From assembly GCA_038087875.1 (NCBI GenBank), contig JAXLNO010000612.1:62001-125327 (forward strand): DNA of 63,327 nucleotides, written 5' to 3'. Below are positions 1-12,595 of this stretch, piece by piece (the stretch's first letter is position 1; each line of letters opens with the position of its first letter). Under the pieces are notes generated by a model. It ran no database searches, was not told the DNA's origin, and worked only from the letters and a program-made list of their open reading frames with translations. The DNA comes from Malacoraja senta. Taxonomy: Eukaryota. Position numbers and translations under genes: made by a program.

Positions 1-3000
1 AGGGAGATACTTAATAGTTGATGGAGAAATTCATGATACTCCAATTACCTTGGTAAATATATATGCGCCTAACTTTGACAACACTCATTTTTAAAATAAA
101 ATTTTCAACATAATTGCAGAGTCTAACTATCAAAATGTTATAGTAGGAGGAGACTTTAACTGTGTTTTAGATCCGTATTTAGATAAATCAAGCCAAAAAC
201 AGAGAGGGAATATGAAATCTAAAACTGGTGAACTTCTCAATGCTTACATAAACAATACTAATATAGCAGATGTATGGAGAATTGGTAATCCAACTGGCAG
301 GGAATACTCCTTTTATTCAATGGTACACAAAACCATAGACTATTTCCTGGTGGATACAAAATTAATCCCTTATACTTTTAACCCAATATACTATACAAAT
401 TCGATTTCAGATCATTCACCATTAACTTTCTTTTTAAAACTGGAAGGAATGTCTAAGAATAAATCGTTTTGGAGATTTAATTCTCAAATCCTAAAAGACC
501 CACAAGCGAGTATATATTTAAAAGAACAAATGGATGCCTTTTTTCAAATAAATGACACTCCAGATATATCGCCTACTGTATTATGGAAATCTTTTAAAGC
601 ATACATCAGGGGTATTATAATTTCATATCAATCTTTTCAAAATAAAAAGAATAAGAATGAACAAAGACAGTTAGAAGAACTTATTAGACAAATGGATAAA
701 GATAATGCTAAAGATCCATCAATAGATAAACATAATAAAATAATAATTTTGAAATTTAAATTAAATAAACTATTATCAGCCAAATTTATAAGACTTTTTC
801 AAATTACAAAACAAGAGCACTTTGAATTTGGGGATAAACCGCGTAAACTTTTGGCTCGCCAGCTAAAAAAACGAGAAAAAGAACATACGATCCCAAAGAT
901 TAAATCAGATAAAGGGGAATTATTAACCATACCGAAGGATATTAATAACAGATTTGCGCAATTTTATGAGAATTTGTATACATCTAAAACGACAACTGAC
1001 TCCAATAAAATCACAGAGTTTTTGGATAATTGTAATCTTCCAAAGTTAGAGTTGAAGGAACAAGAGGAATTGGGTGCACAAATCTCAATTAAGGAATTAG
1101 AAGATACAATAAACTCACTAAAGAATGGAAAAACACCAGGTCCTGATGGATTTACTAATGAATTTTATAAAAGCTTCTATGACAAAATTATACCAAGATT
1201 ACAAAAAATGTACCAATATGCTTTTAAAAAACAAATACTACCTGATACATTAGCAGAATCAACGATTACACTAATACTTAAGAAAGACAAAGATATAGAA
1301 GAACCGGGTTCATATAGAGCTATAGCATTGTTAAACACACATCAAAAAATATTAGCAAAAACATTAGCTAGAAGATTAAGTAAATATATTAGTAAACTAA
1401 TAAACCCAGATCAGACGGGGTTTATCCCTAAGAGATACTCATCTAACAATATGAGATGTTTACTCAACATAATGCACTCACACAAATCTGAAGAACAAGA
1501 ATTATCAATTATTTCGCTGGATGCTGAAAAAGCATTTGACCAAGTAGAATGGAATTATATGGATAAAGTATTACAAAAATTCCAACTGGGAGAGAATTTT
1601 ATTCTATGGATTAAATTATTATATAATAAACCTACAGCTAGAATACTAACTGATAACATATTATCCTCGAAATTTCAACTATCAAGGTGAATAGACAAGG
1701 ATGCTCATTATCACCACAGTTGTTTGCTCTTATTACTGAACCGTTAGCAGAAAAAATTAGAATACACCCTGATATCCATGGGTATAATACTAAAGATTCA
1801 AATAATAAAATATCTTTATACGCGGATGATATATTACTGTACATTACAAAACCTCAAATTACTATACCAAATATATTAAATTTAATTGAAGACTTTGGAT
1901 CTTTTTCTGGATACAGAATAAATTGGAATAAAAGTGAAATTATGTCAATAAAACCGAAAGATTCAACACATCTTTTAAAATTCCCTTTTAAAATATTTAC
2001 AGAAAAATTCAAATACATGGGAATCGATATTACTAGAACATATCAAGGTATGTTTAAAGCAAATTTTGATCCCCTACTTAATAAATTAAACACACTAATT
2101 ACATTTTGGAAAATGCTCCCGATGTCTTTAATAGGCCGAATAAATGAAATAAAAATTATCTTTCTACCACAAATTTTATACCTATTCCAATCGATTCCTA
2201 TATACTTACCAAAGAAGTTTTTTTTTACACTGGACTCAGATATCACAAATTTTATATGGGACTATAAATCACATAGAATACAAAAAACTCACTTGAATAA
2301 ACCTAAAGTATTAGGGGGTTTAGCATTACCGAATTTCATGTATTATTATTGGTCAGTAAATATTAAAAATATGATTCAACTGATGGATAACTCTGCCCAG
2401 CAAGTGGACTGGATTGTAATGGAGAGAGAGGATTGCTCCTCTGGAAACATTGGAGTGATCCTCCTCTCACCAATGAAACTGAATAACATAAATTATAATA
2501 ATAACCCAATTATACATAGCACAATCCGAATTTGGAAACAAATAAAACAAAATTTAAAATTAAGAAATCTATCACTTTTATCTCCCATAGTTAATAACCC
2601 TTCATTTAATCCCTCTATTATAGATAAATCTTTCACACACTGGGATAGACTAGGAATTAAAACGTTCGGTGACTTGTATGAAACTGGAAAATTACTTTCA
2701 TTTCAACAATTACAAATAAAATATAAACTCGGAAAGAATCAATATTTTAAATATTTTCAAATATGCGACTATTTGAAAATATATACAAAAGATCATTATA
2801 ATAGCCCAGCAGATGTATTGGATGATGCAATGCAGATAAAAGTTGAATCAGCAAACTTAATATCATATTTGTATAATATTATCTTAAATGTAGAAATACC
2901 ATCTACGGAGGGTATCAGAAGAGACTGGGAAGAACTAGCTATTAAAATCTCAAAGGAAAGGTGGAATGAACACTTATTAAACGTGCATAAATGTTCGATT

Positions 3001-3474
3001 AATGCAAGACACATTTTAATACAATTTAAAATCTTACATAGATTATATTATTCCAAAACTAAAATCCATAAAATTTTCCCCAATGTATCATCCATTTGTG
3101 ATAAATGTAAATCCCAAGTGCACTCATTTGTTTTCTGTACAAAAATTCAAAAATTTAGGATTGAAATTTTTGAAATCTTTACAAAACTATTTAAAATAAA
3201 ACTGCTACCCAAAGCAGAATGGATTATCTTCGGAATAACGGAAGATGGTCCAGAACTAAATGTGTTCCAAAAGAAATTAATAGACTATGGGTTAATAACT
3301 GGAAAAAAGCTAATCCTAAAATTTTGGAAACAGGCTCCAATACCAACTATAAACATGTGGATTTCAAATATGTTCGAAACATTACACCTAGAAGAGATAA
3401 GACTCCTCCTGGCAGGTAAACCAGATCACTTCCACCTGACGTGGTCTGCATTTATAGAATTATTACAAATATAG
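1..3474 (+). pseudogene. Disrupted L1 ORF2 (endonuclease/reverse transcriptase)
   Basis: Frameshift at ~1688 (TCAAGGTGAATAGA vs TCAAGGGGAAATAGA in copy B). In-frame deletions remove YSR near 335 and four codons inside the CCHC knuckle near 3118. Confidence 0.92.
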
Positions 3475-3878
3475 GGTGCAAAAGTACCTTAAAAAAAACA
3501 ACTGAGGTCAGGTAAGGGGGGATGAAAGTTGGAGAGTTGGTATGTCCCATTTGCGTGATGCTTACAAAAACTATTTGTTTTTCTCTTTTCCCTCTTTCTC
3601 TTTCTTCTTCTTTTCTAGGGTCTATTTCTTAACTCTTTTTCTTTCGTTGTTAATTTTGTTCTTATAGGGTCTTCGTTCTTTCTTGTTGACACGTTTTCTA
3701 CACTTTCACTTTTTCCTTCACTTTCTTGTTTCTCTCAATTTCATCCTTTCCCTTTACTAGTGTAAAAAACAAATGGAGTACATTAATTGTACGAAGATAT
3801 ATGTGACGAGTACTAATGTATGTGGTTCTAATGTAATGTACTTCTAATAAATAAAAATAAAAAATAAAAAATAAAAAG
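1..3878 (+). mobile_element. L1-clade LINE copy A (5' part outside the window): ORF2, T-rich 3' UTR and A-rich tail
   Basis: ORFs 212-1690 and 1687-3474 align along their length with the intact ORF2 at 38821-42612 (SDH endonuclease end, KTPGPDGF, SLDAEKAFD, RQGCSLSP, YADD). The 3' UTR matches 42613-43030 and ends in AATAAA/A-rich repeats at ~3846-3878. Confidence 0.97.
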
Positions 3879-4110
3879 TGTGCCAGAGACCCGGATTTGT
3901 TCCTGACCATGGGTGTTGTCTGTACGGAGTTAGTACCTTCTCCCTGCGACCACATGGGTTTTCTCCGAATGCCCGGATTTCCTCCCACACTGCAAAGATG
4001 CGCAGGTTTGTAGGTTAATTGGCTTCACGTCCCAAGTGTCTGGGTGATTGTCCATACTCACTGGGCCGAAGGGTCTGTTTCCACGCTGTATTTTTAAACT
4101 AAACTAAAAA
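3879..4110 (+). mobile_element. V-SINE (HE1-like), head missing
   Basis: Central TGTACGGAG...TTCTCCC...TTTCCTCCCACAC block and GGGCCGAAGGGTCTGTTTCC...(TAAAC)n tail match the other SINE copies. It begins directly after the L1 tail. Confidence 0.8.
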
Positions 4111-4268
4111 AGCCACAGGTGCTAAGGAATATCACTCAATCAATGTAAAATGGCGAATCCCGCAAACCATGCTCCTTAATTCTAGACACCCCCTGCCAAA
4201 GGAAACAACTCCCAAGAACTTGCTCTGTTCATCTCTCTCAGAACCGTTGCACGTATCATGCAATCACA

Positions 4269-4575
4269 GGGCAGCCACTGTGGCGCAGCGGTACAGTTGT
4301 TTCCTTACAGCGCTTGCAATCGGTTCAATCCCGACTACGGGTGCTGTTTGTACGGAGTTTGTACGTTCTCCCCATGACCGCGTGGGTTTTCTCCGAGGTC
4401 TTCCGTTTCCTCCCACATTCCAAAGATGTACAGGTATGTAAGTTAATTGGCTTGGTATAAATTGTCTCTAGTGTGTGTAGGATAGTGTTAGTGTGCGGGG
4501 ATCACTGGTCGGTGCGGACTTGGTGGGCAGAAGGGCCTGTTTCCGTGCTGTATCTCTAAACTAAACTAAACTAAA
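4269..4575 (+). mobile_element. tRNA-derived V-SINE (HE1-like), full length
   Basis: A box TGGCGCAGCGG, B box GGTTCAATCCC, conserved central domain, CR1-like 3' end and (TAAAC)n tail. Confidence 0.88.
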
Positions 4576-4584
4576 CATCTGAAC

Positions 4585-4710
4585 GTCTGAAGAAGGGTTT
4601 CGACCCGAAACGTTGCCTATTTTCTTCGCTCCATAGATGCTGCCTCACCCACTGACCTCCAGCATTTTAGTCTACCTTCGATTTTCCAGCATCTGCAGTT
4701 CCTTCTTAAA
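4585..4710 (+). mobile_element. Penelope-like element terminal fragment
   Basis: GTCTGAAGAAGGG...CCCGAAACGT...GATGCTGCC...CCAGCATTTT...CCAGCATCTGCAGTTCC unit, which recurs about ten times in the window in both orientations and carries a minimal hammerhead motif. Confidence 0.7.
4587..4614 (+). ncRNA. Minimal hammerhead ribozyme-like motif
   Basis: CTGAAGA-A-GGGT-TTCG-ACCC-GAAA-CGTT: CUGANGA box, 4-bp stem II with UUCG loop, GAAA box, palindromic AACGUU in place of stem III, NUH triplet GUU. Confidence 0.6.
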
Positions 4711-5137
4711 CTAAATATCTGTCGTCTAAGCTTCAACATAAAGTAAATCTCTCAGGGGCAGAGACTAAAACTGCATGTGGTGTTACCCTATAAGCTCTAC
4801 CTGAAGCAAAGCCTTCCCTACTTTTATGAATCTGAATCAGTGGCCTGCAGTATCACAACTACTCTCTCTCATTATTTCCAAGCCTTCAAACCAATGTGAT
4901 GATACTGTGGTTGTTAAACTGATTATTGCATTTAGCCTTCTGAAATTTCAGAACTGCACCCTATGGCAGCTTTTCCCATTAGCTTTGTGTTATGTGTTCT
5001 AGTAGGGAGCTCTATATGAGAACATAAAACATAGAACAGCTAAGCACACTAACACTTGGGAAAACTTTGGCCCACAATGTTAAACTAATCTCATCTGCCT
5101 ATATGTGATCCATTCCCTGCATATCCATGTGCCCAGC

Positions 5138-5800
5138 TGTAGATTAACCATATTAGTCTGCCTTTACTTTTTCTATCACCACACATATTATGCATGCTGC
5201 ATATTGTATATGTAGTCCAGTCCGGATCTTTATCCCTACCCCAGTCTATTGATAATGGTACTACACCATCTCACAGTCAAACTTGATGGTACACAAAAAT
5301 GCTGGAGAAACTCAGTGGGTGCAGCAGCATATATGGAGCGAAGGAGATAGGCAAAGTTTCGGGCCGAAACCCTTCTTCAAACTTGATGCTGACTACGGAG
5401 ACGATGGCATGTAATGTTTCCTCCGCTTGTGTTACAATAAAGACTATGAGTTGTTAATCCTGTGTATGGGTCTCATTGTGTAATAAGACCCAAGGGACAA
5501 GTAGCCCGTCTGCAAACAGAAAAGGGTCATGACCACCTCGGTGTAATATCTGGAGCTGCTCCCGAACCACGTTCATATATGGTCAATGCCGACGGCGGCA
5601 GCACCTACAGACGTAATAGACAGCACATCCTGCCTGTGAATGAACCAGCGGCACCTCCGTACCATCCCGACTGCACAAGCACATTTCCATCCCCCTCCCG
5701 GCCCGATCATATCACCGTTGCTAGCAACTCCTGATCCGATTGTTTCACCCACGACCACGCCACCTCGACCCCTGCCAAGGTCTCCAGTGTCATCGCTGGC
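5138..5800 (+). mobile_element. Gypsy-type LTR retrotransposon relic (LTR-like segment joined to the integrase C-terminus)
   Basis: ORF 5462-5734 has the PRSYMV...YRRNRQHI motif typical of the C-terminus of fish Gypsy pol. The preceding segment starts with TG and has AATAAA at ~5437. Boundaries are uncertain. Confidence 0.6.
5290..5383 (-). mobile_element. Penelope-like fragment with degenerate hammerhead
   Basis: Reverse complement of the 4585-4710 unit; the core reads TTGAAGA...GAAACTTT. Confidence 0.6.
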
Positions 5801-5825
5801 AATGCTGCTTCATTCTCCTGCACCA

Positions 5826-6010
5826 GGGGTGGTGGTAGAGGCAGATACAATAGTGGCATTCAGGATCCTCTTAGATAAGTACGTGCATATGCAGGGAATG
5901 GAGGGATATGGATCACCTGCAGACAGGGGAGATTAGTCTATTAGTTAAATTGGTTTAATTTGGCATCATGTTTGGCATGGACATTGTGGCCAAAGGGCCT
6001 GTATGTTCTA
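5826..6010 (+). mobile_element. CR1 3' end fragment
   Basis: GTGGTAGAGGCAGAT...GGAATGGAGGGATATGG...GGCCAAAGGGCCTGT matches the CR1 3' ends elsewhere in the window (e.g. 51460-51645). Confidence 0.7.
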
Positions 6011-6051
6011 AAAGGCTAGGGAATGCAAATGGCTAAGCATCGATGGAGAAA

Positions 6052-6240
6052 TAGACACAAAGTGCTGGAGTAACTCAGCGGGTCAGGCAGCATCTGTGGA
6101 TGAAGAAGATAGGTGACGTTTCGGGTCAGGACCCTTCCTCAGACTCTCGACCTGAAATGTCACATATCCTTTTTCTCCAGAGATGCTGTCTGACTTGTTA
6201 CTGCCAGCAATTTGTGTCTATCTTTGTTATAAACCAGCAT
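6052..6240. mobile_element. Inverted pair of Penelope-like terminal fragments
   Basis: A minus-strand copy at 6052-6145 is followed immediately by a plus-strand copy at 6145-6240 (CTCGACCTGAAATGTCAC...TTTGTGTCT). Confidence 0.65.
6115..6142 (-). ncRNA. Minimal hammerhead ribozyme-like motif
   Basis: Minus strand reads CTGAGGA-A-GGGT-CCTG-ACCC-GAAA-CGTC: intact core boxes, stem II with a different loop from 4587, canonical GUC triplet. Confidence 0.62.
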
Positions 6241-6431
6241 TAGGTCATGTGACAGGAGCAAAAATAAGCCATTCGACCCATCATATCTACTCCATTCAAT
6301 TATGGCTGATCTATCTCTCCCTCCTAACCCCATTCTCCTGCCTTCTCCCCATAACCCCTGACACCGGTACCTGCAGTTCTTTGTTCCTACATAGATGGGA
6401 AAATCATTATGAGGGAAGTATGATGTGAAAA

Positions 6432-6970
6432 TGTAAATACGCTCTTCTAAAGCTTACCCCCCTAGTCTAGTTCAGTAAAAAACACAGAGTCAAGCTCTGG
6501 ACCAACTAAACTTTATTTTTAGATTGAACAGCAAATCCCCCAATACGATACCTAAACCACCACAGGTTGGATCATTGTCTCTGCCTGGCCAAGCTCTTCA
6601 GCCTCGTGCAAGCAGACATACTCCAAAAGGTCACACAATCCCAAGCATTCCTCCAGAAGATCGACACCGATCTAAGATGGGGCTACCTTTTATAGGTCCA
6701 CGAACCTTGAGGTGCCAAACTACATAGGGGTGATCTCTTTACAGTCCAATCAAACATATTAATTACATCAATACATTATTGACAGTTCCCCAAACCAATT
6801 ACAGAGTCTCCCACACAATGTTTCTGGCAGAAGCTTCTGGAAGGAAGTTAACTAACTGAATAATGCAACATTTACCCTGGAACTGAAAACAATCCTGCCA
6901 GGGCTTAACACTTTGGCCAATCAACAAACAGCAGGGTAGCTGTCTTGCAACATTATTTACATTATTTACA
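6432..6970 (-). mobile_element. Putative solo LTR
   Basis: TGTAAATA...TATTTACA 8-bp terminal inverted repeat. On the minus strand TATAAAA (6688-6694) lies upstream of AATAAA (6512-6517), with several CCAAT boxes. No TSD found. Confidence 0.4.
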
Positions 6971-7661
6971 ATTCCCTTGCAGCAATCCAATCATATCAAT
7001 GCATTTAAGTTTATTTACCGTTTTAATACATATTATCAAATAAGGGGAAATGAGGAGAACACCTGGATCTTTCACCATCCTGCATATCAATCTGAGGCTC
7101 TGACTTATCGGCGCCATCCACAGCCTGTAAATTTCCACTGACAAAGGTTAAGCAATTCTGACAAATGCAGGGATTGTCCATTTTATGATGTCTTTAACTT
7201 GGTCAATATTTAAAAAAAACACTGATTGCCCAACAGCAGGTTCTGTTAATACTCCAGTCCACTGTGTCAATTATCTGCCCCTCATTTAATTAATTGGTTT
7301 GTGGTAAATGCTCAAATACACATGGTGATTCAACGTTCTCAAATAGTAATCTTGATTTTACCTCATGATTGGACAGGTCATGCTTTTCATGCCTTTTTCT
7401 TGGGAGAACTTTCACTTCAAAAATCTGAATGATGATGGCCAAGCTTTTATCAGATGTGTGAAAAAAGTTGAAGAAATAATTTTCTACTCCTTATTAACTT
7501 ACAACTAAAGGTTCTGTGGATTAATCCAAATGAGCTTTTTGAAGTTAGGAAGCACCCTCAAGCGATTAATATAATCTTCTCTGCCAAATGTTTCTCTGAC
7601 CTTTGGTTGTACTACTTAGTTCCGCACTGCCAATCTATAGGTTGATTTGCAGGGAACACAT

Positions 7662-7985
7662 GCAGCACGGTGGCACAGCGGTAGAGTTGCTGCCTTACAG
7701 CGAATGCAGCACCGGACACCCGGGTTCAATCCCGACCACGGGTGCTTATCTGTACGGAGTTTTACGTTCTCCCCGTGACTTGCGTGGGTTTTCTCCGAGA
7801 TATTCGGTTTCCTCCCACACTCCAAAGACGTACAGATTTGTAGGTTAATTGGCTTGGTAAATGTAAAAAATATCCCTAGTGGGTGAAGGATAGTGTTAAT
7901 GTGCGGAGATCGCTGGTCGGCGCAGGCACGGTGGGCCGCAATGGCCTGTTTCCGTGCTGTATCTCTAAACTAAACTAAACTAAAC
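7662..7985 (+). mobile_element. V-SINE (HE1-like), full length
   Basis: A box TGGCACAGCGG, B box GGTTCAATCCC, central domain and (TAAAC)n tail. Confidence 0.88.
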
Positions 7986-8428
7986 AAAGAGAACAGAGAT
8001 TCTTAAACCAGCCCACAGACTAAACTGGGCAGCATTTGGGATTGCAAGGGCAAGTAGAGGCACCCCCAGCGTCTTCAAGGTCGGCGGCATGATGCAGCCC
8101 TAGGGCACAAAGGCAGGTGGGCGAGGAGAGGGACATCGGTTTGCTGGCCGAGCTGGTCGAGGGTGATGAAGAAGGCTCTGCAGCAGCCTGGCGATTACCT
8201 GGCCCAGGAGCTGCTCCAGTATCTCGAGCGCGTGGACTGGAATTTGGACTTTTTATCAATGGCGCCAAAATTTGGCGACCCATTCATGTGTGATCCATGC
8301 ATGTGTGATCCATGCAAAAAGAATTCCTCTGTGCAGTGCACACATGACACAATAAAGCACAATTGAACCATTGAATTATTCAAGTAGCAGGTCACATTCA
8401 ACAAGCAACATCTATACAGGTTCCCATT

Positions 8429-9225
8429 CATAGATACATAGAAAAAAGGTGCAGGAGTAGGCCATTCGGCCCTTCGAGCCTGCACAGCCATTCAATATGA
8501 TCATGGCTGATCATCCAACTCAGTATCCCGTACCTGCCTTCTCTCCATACCCCCTGATCCCCTTAGCCACAAGGGCCACATCTAACTCCCTCTTAAATAT
8601 AGCCAATGAACTGGCTTCAACTACCCTCTGTGGCAGAGAGTTCCAGAGATCCACCACTCTTTGTGTGAAAACGTTTTTCCTCATCTCGGTCTTAAAGGAT
8701 TTCCCCCTTATCCTTAAGCTGTGACCCCTTGTCCTGGACTTCCCCAACATCGGGAACAATCTTCCTGCATCTAGCCTGTCCAACCCCATAAGAATGTTGT
8801 ACGTTTCTATAAGATCCCCTCTCAATCTCCTAAATTCTAGCGAGTATAAGCCAAGTCTATCCAGTCTTTCTTCATATGAAAGTCCTGACATCCCAGGAAT
8901 CAGTCTGGTGAACCTTCTCTGCACGCCCTCTATGGCTATAATGTCCTTCCTCAGATTTGGAGACCAAAACTGTACGCAATACTCCAGGTGTGGTCTCACC
9001 AACTGCAGTAGAACCTCCCTGCTCCTATACTCAAATCCTCTTGCTATGAAGGCCAACATACCATTCGCTTTCTTCACTGCCTGCTGCACCTGCATGCCTA
9101 CTTTCAATGACTGGTGTACCATGACACCCAGGTCCCGCTGCATCTCCCCACTTCCTAATCGGCCACCATTTAGATAATAGTCTGCCTTCCCGTTTTTGCC
9201 ACCAAAGTGGATAACCTCACATTTA
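8429..9225 (-). mobile_element. CR1 LINE, 5'-truncated, young subfamily
   Basis: ORF 8520-9143 is a CR1 ORF2 C-terminus (RDLGV, RPHLEYCVQFWSP, RTRGH, WNSLP) with a (TATGTATC)-type tail. It is near-identical to 48188-48942 and 61157-61818 apart from a 12-bp deletion (YRVL). Confidence 0.95.
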
Positions 9226-9639
9226 TTCGAACTCTATTTTGAATGCATCCAGTGAATCGGCCTCCACTGCCTGAGGCAGAGAATTCCACAGACTCACAAC
9301 TCTGGGTGAAAAAGTTTTTCCTCGTCTCAGTTCTAAATTCATTAGTACTACTATAACAGGGTCACACATCAACATCACCACTACCAATGATGAGCTGAAA
9401 CTTAACTGGAACAGCCACATAAACACAATGGATTACATTTGACAAAGGTAGGATACTCTGAAGTGAGTGTCTCACTTCCAGATTTCACAAAGATTTTCCA
9501 CGCTAAGACACAAGACAATGTTTGAAACTCATATATCTAACAATACCATGGCCTTACAGTCAGGCCTCATTATCTGCTGATCTGCCATCGGGGCATTTGT
9601 GAGGTTGGCCCCAGCATCATCACAAGTACAGCACAGCAC

Positions 9640-11470
9640 AGTTCCTAAGGTCATAAGTGATAAGAGCAGAATTAAGCCATTCGGCCCATTAAGTCTACTC
9701 TGCCATTCAATCATGGCTGATCTAACTCTCCTTCCTAACCCCATTCTTCTGCCTTTTCCCCATAACCCCTGACACAGAAACAGGCATTTCAGCCTACAAT
9801 GACTGTGCCAAACATAATGCCAAATTAAAATAATTTTATTTGCTTGCGTGTGATCCATATCTCTCCATTCCCTGCATATACATGGGCCCAATCTAAAAGC
9901 ATCTGAAATGTGACTACCGCATCTGCTTCCATCACCACCCCGGCAGCGCATTCTAGGCATTCACCACTTTCTGTGTACAAAACTTGCCTCACACATCTCC
10001 TTTCAATTTTGACCCACTGACCTTAACACTAAGGCCCCTCGTCTTTGACATTGCCACCTTATGTAAAAAGTTTAGACTGTCTACCACAGTGATTCTGACT
10101 TTGTATCTTATGCATATCTGGACACAAGCACAGGTTTAGGAACTAATCATTGTCCATATAAATATGTTTTCAGTTTCCAGATCACTCCTGTGCATTATTG
10201 GAGTATTCTTTGTTTACACAGCCACACCTTTTAAAATCCATCACTGCTTGTAAGTTTGAATACATTTCAATACAAAAAGTTTATGAACTAAATTAATTTC
10301 GGTTTCAATATTTAAACATTTCAAAGAGTTTCATAAGTTATAGGAGCAGCATTAGGCCATTCAGCTCGACTACTCTGCCATTCAATCATGGCTGATCTAC
10401 TATATCTCTCCTTCCTAACCACATTCTCCTGCCATCTCCCCATAACCCCTGACATCAATCTATCTCTGCCTTCAAAATATCCATTGATGGCCTCCAAAGC
10501 CTTCTGAGGCAATGAATTCCACACATTCACCACCCTTTGACTAAATAACTTCAGAGAAACATAGAAAATCGGTGCAGGAGAAAGCCATTCGGCCCTTCGA
10601 GCCGGCACTGCTATTCAATATGATCATGGCTGATCATCCACAATCAGTACCCCAATCTTACCTTCTCCCCATATCCCTTGATTCCTCTAGCACTAAGAGC
10701 TCTATCGAACTCTATTTTGAATGCATCCAGTGAATCGGCCTCCACTGCCTGAGGCAGAGAATTCCACAGACTCACAACTCTCTGGGTGAAAAAGTTTTTC
10801 TTCGTCTCAGTTCTAAATGGCCTACCCCTTAAACTGTGGCCTCTGGTTCGGGACTCCCCCAACATCGGGAACATGTTTCCTGCATCTAGCTTGTCCAATC
10901 CCTTAATAATTTTTATAGGTTTCTATAAGATATCCTCTCATCCTTTTAAATTCCAGTGAATACAAGCCCAGTTGTTCCATTCTTTCATCATATGACAGTC
11001 CCGCCGTCCCGTAAATTAACCTTGCGAACCTACGCTGCACTCCCTCAATAGCAAGAATGTCCTTCCTCAAATTAGGAGACTGAAACTGCACACAATACTC
11101 CAGGTGTTGTCTCACCAGGGCCCTGTACAACTGCAGAAGGACCTCTTTGCTCCTATACTCAAATCCTCTCGTTATGAAGACCAACATGCCATTAGCTTTC
11201 TTCACTGTCTGCTGAACTTGCATGCATACTTTCAGTGACTGATGTACTGACTAATCTGACTATTCAGATAATAATCTGCCTTCATGTTCTTGCCACTAAA
11301 GTGGATAACCTCACATTTATCCACATTATACTGCATCTGCCATGCATCTGTCCACTCACCCAAATTCCTCCTCAACTCCTTCCCAAAGGACCGTCCTTTA
11401 ATTCCGAGGCTCTGACCTCTGTTCCTAGACTCACCCCTTCGTGAAAACATTCTCACCACATCCACTCTAT
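9640..11470 (-). mobile_element. Cluster of stacked CR1 3' fragments
   Basis: ORFs 10321-10608, 10644-10898, 10903-11223 and 11232-11465 give CR1 ORF2 C-terminal motifs, and several CR1 tails (GCCATTCAATCATGGCTGATC) are present. A non-CR1 gap lies at ~10085-10325. Confidence 0.85.
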
Positions 11471-11765
11471 CAATTTTATTAAAGCAATCTATACATTTTA
11501 AGGCATATTTATGAGTATTTGGGGAATATAATGTGTACTAAGGAGAGGGCCTTAGCGGTACCCATGTATTTTGCGATCGTTGGTAGTCTGTGCTCCTTAC
11601 ACATATTGCAGAGAGTGTACTGATATTTCCCATTGTGACTCTGTGACAGTTAGTCTTGTTAATCATCTCAGGATTTTCTTCCTTTGTTAAACAGTGTTCT
11701 ACAAATTCAACCTGTTGCCATTGTTCTTCGAATCAATCCACGCCGGTTCCTTGGATCCCTTAATT

Positions 11766-12075
11766 TTTAGTTTAGTTTGGTTTAGAGATACAGCACGGAA
11801 ACAGGCCCTTCGGCCCACCGGGTCCGCGCCGACCAGCAATCCCCGCACATTAACACTATCCTACATCCACTCGCCGGCAATGTTTACATTTAACAAGCCT
11901 GTATGCCTTTGGAGTGTGGGAGGAAACCGAAGTTCTCGGGGAAAACCCACGCAGGTCACAGGGAGAACGTACAAACTCCGTACAGAGAGCACTCATAGTC
12001 GGGATTGATCCCGGGTCTCCGGTGCTGCATTCGCTGCAAGGCAGCAACTCTACCGCTGCGCCACCGTGACTAACC
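11766..12075 (-). mobile_element. V-SINE (HE1-like)
   Basis: Reverse complement of the SINE consensus, with A box TGGCGCAGCGG and a (GTTTA)n tail on the plus strand. Confidence 0.87.
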
Positions 12076-12595
12076 TGCCTTGTTGTTCTTGTAAATTTTT
12101 TGTTTGATAACACTCCAGTGGAACTTTCTGTGCCATTTTACTGCAGTTAAGATGCCACATAAATACTTCACCGTTCCTGGTTAGTCACAGAATCAAATCA
12201 CCAGAATAAAATCCGTCAGCCCAATGAACATAAAAAACGTAGCCAGTCGAGTCTACACCAAAGGATCTATTAAAACCCCATACATTATTTTATCCCAGTC
12301 ATTTATGAGCAATCTGGAGGACATTTGGTCGGAAGGATTCAGAATCCACAGATTAGGATAGCAATGCAGTATAAACTCCACATTGAAAATATCACAACAC
12401 TAAATCAGACTTGAGCATTTGATAAGTTTAAACTGCCATATTTTTGTGGCTTTTGCATCATTGAAAGTAAATCAATGTGAAGCAGCTGAGTAAAAGCTAA
12501 TGCTTCCCCTTTTGCTGAATCTGTCCCATTTAAAGTAAGGACAATTGAAAAGCAGCAGGAAATTATGCACTGGGGATCACTGGAATTGAATATAA

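Noticed and set aside
4269..4345. tRNA genes at SINE heads
   Set aside because: A and B boxes are present, but they run directly into the SINE core and tail and no full cloverleaf is evident.
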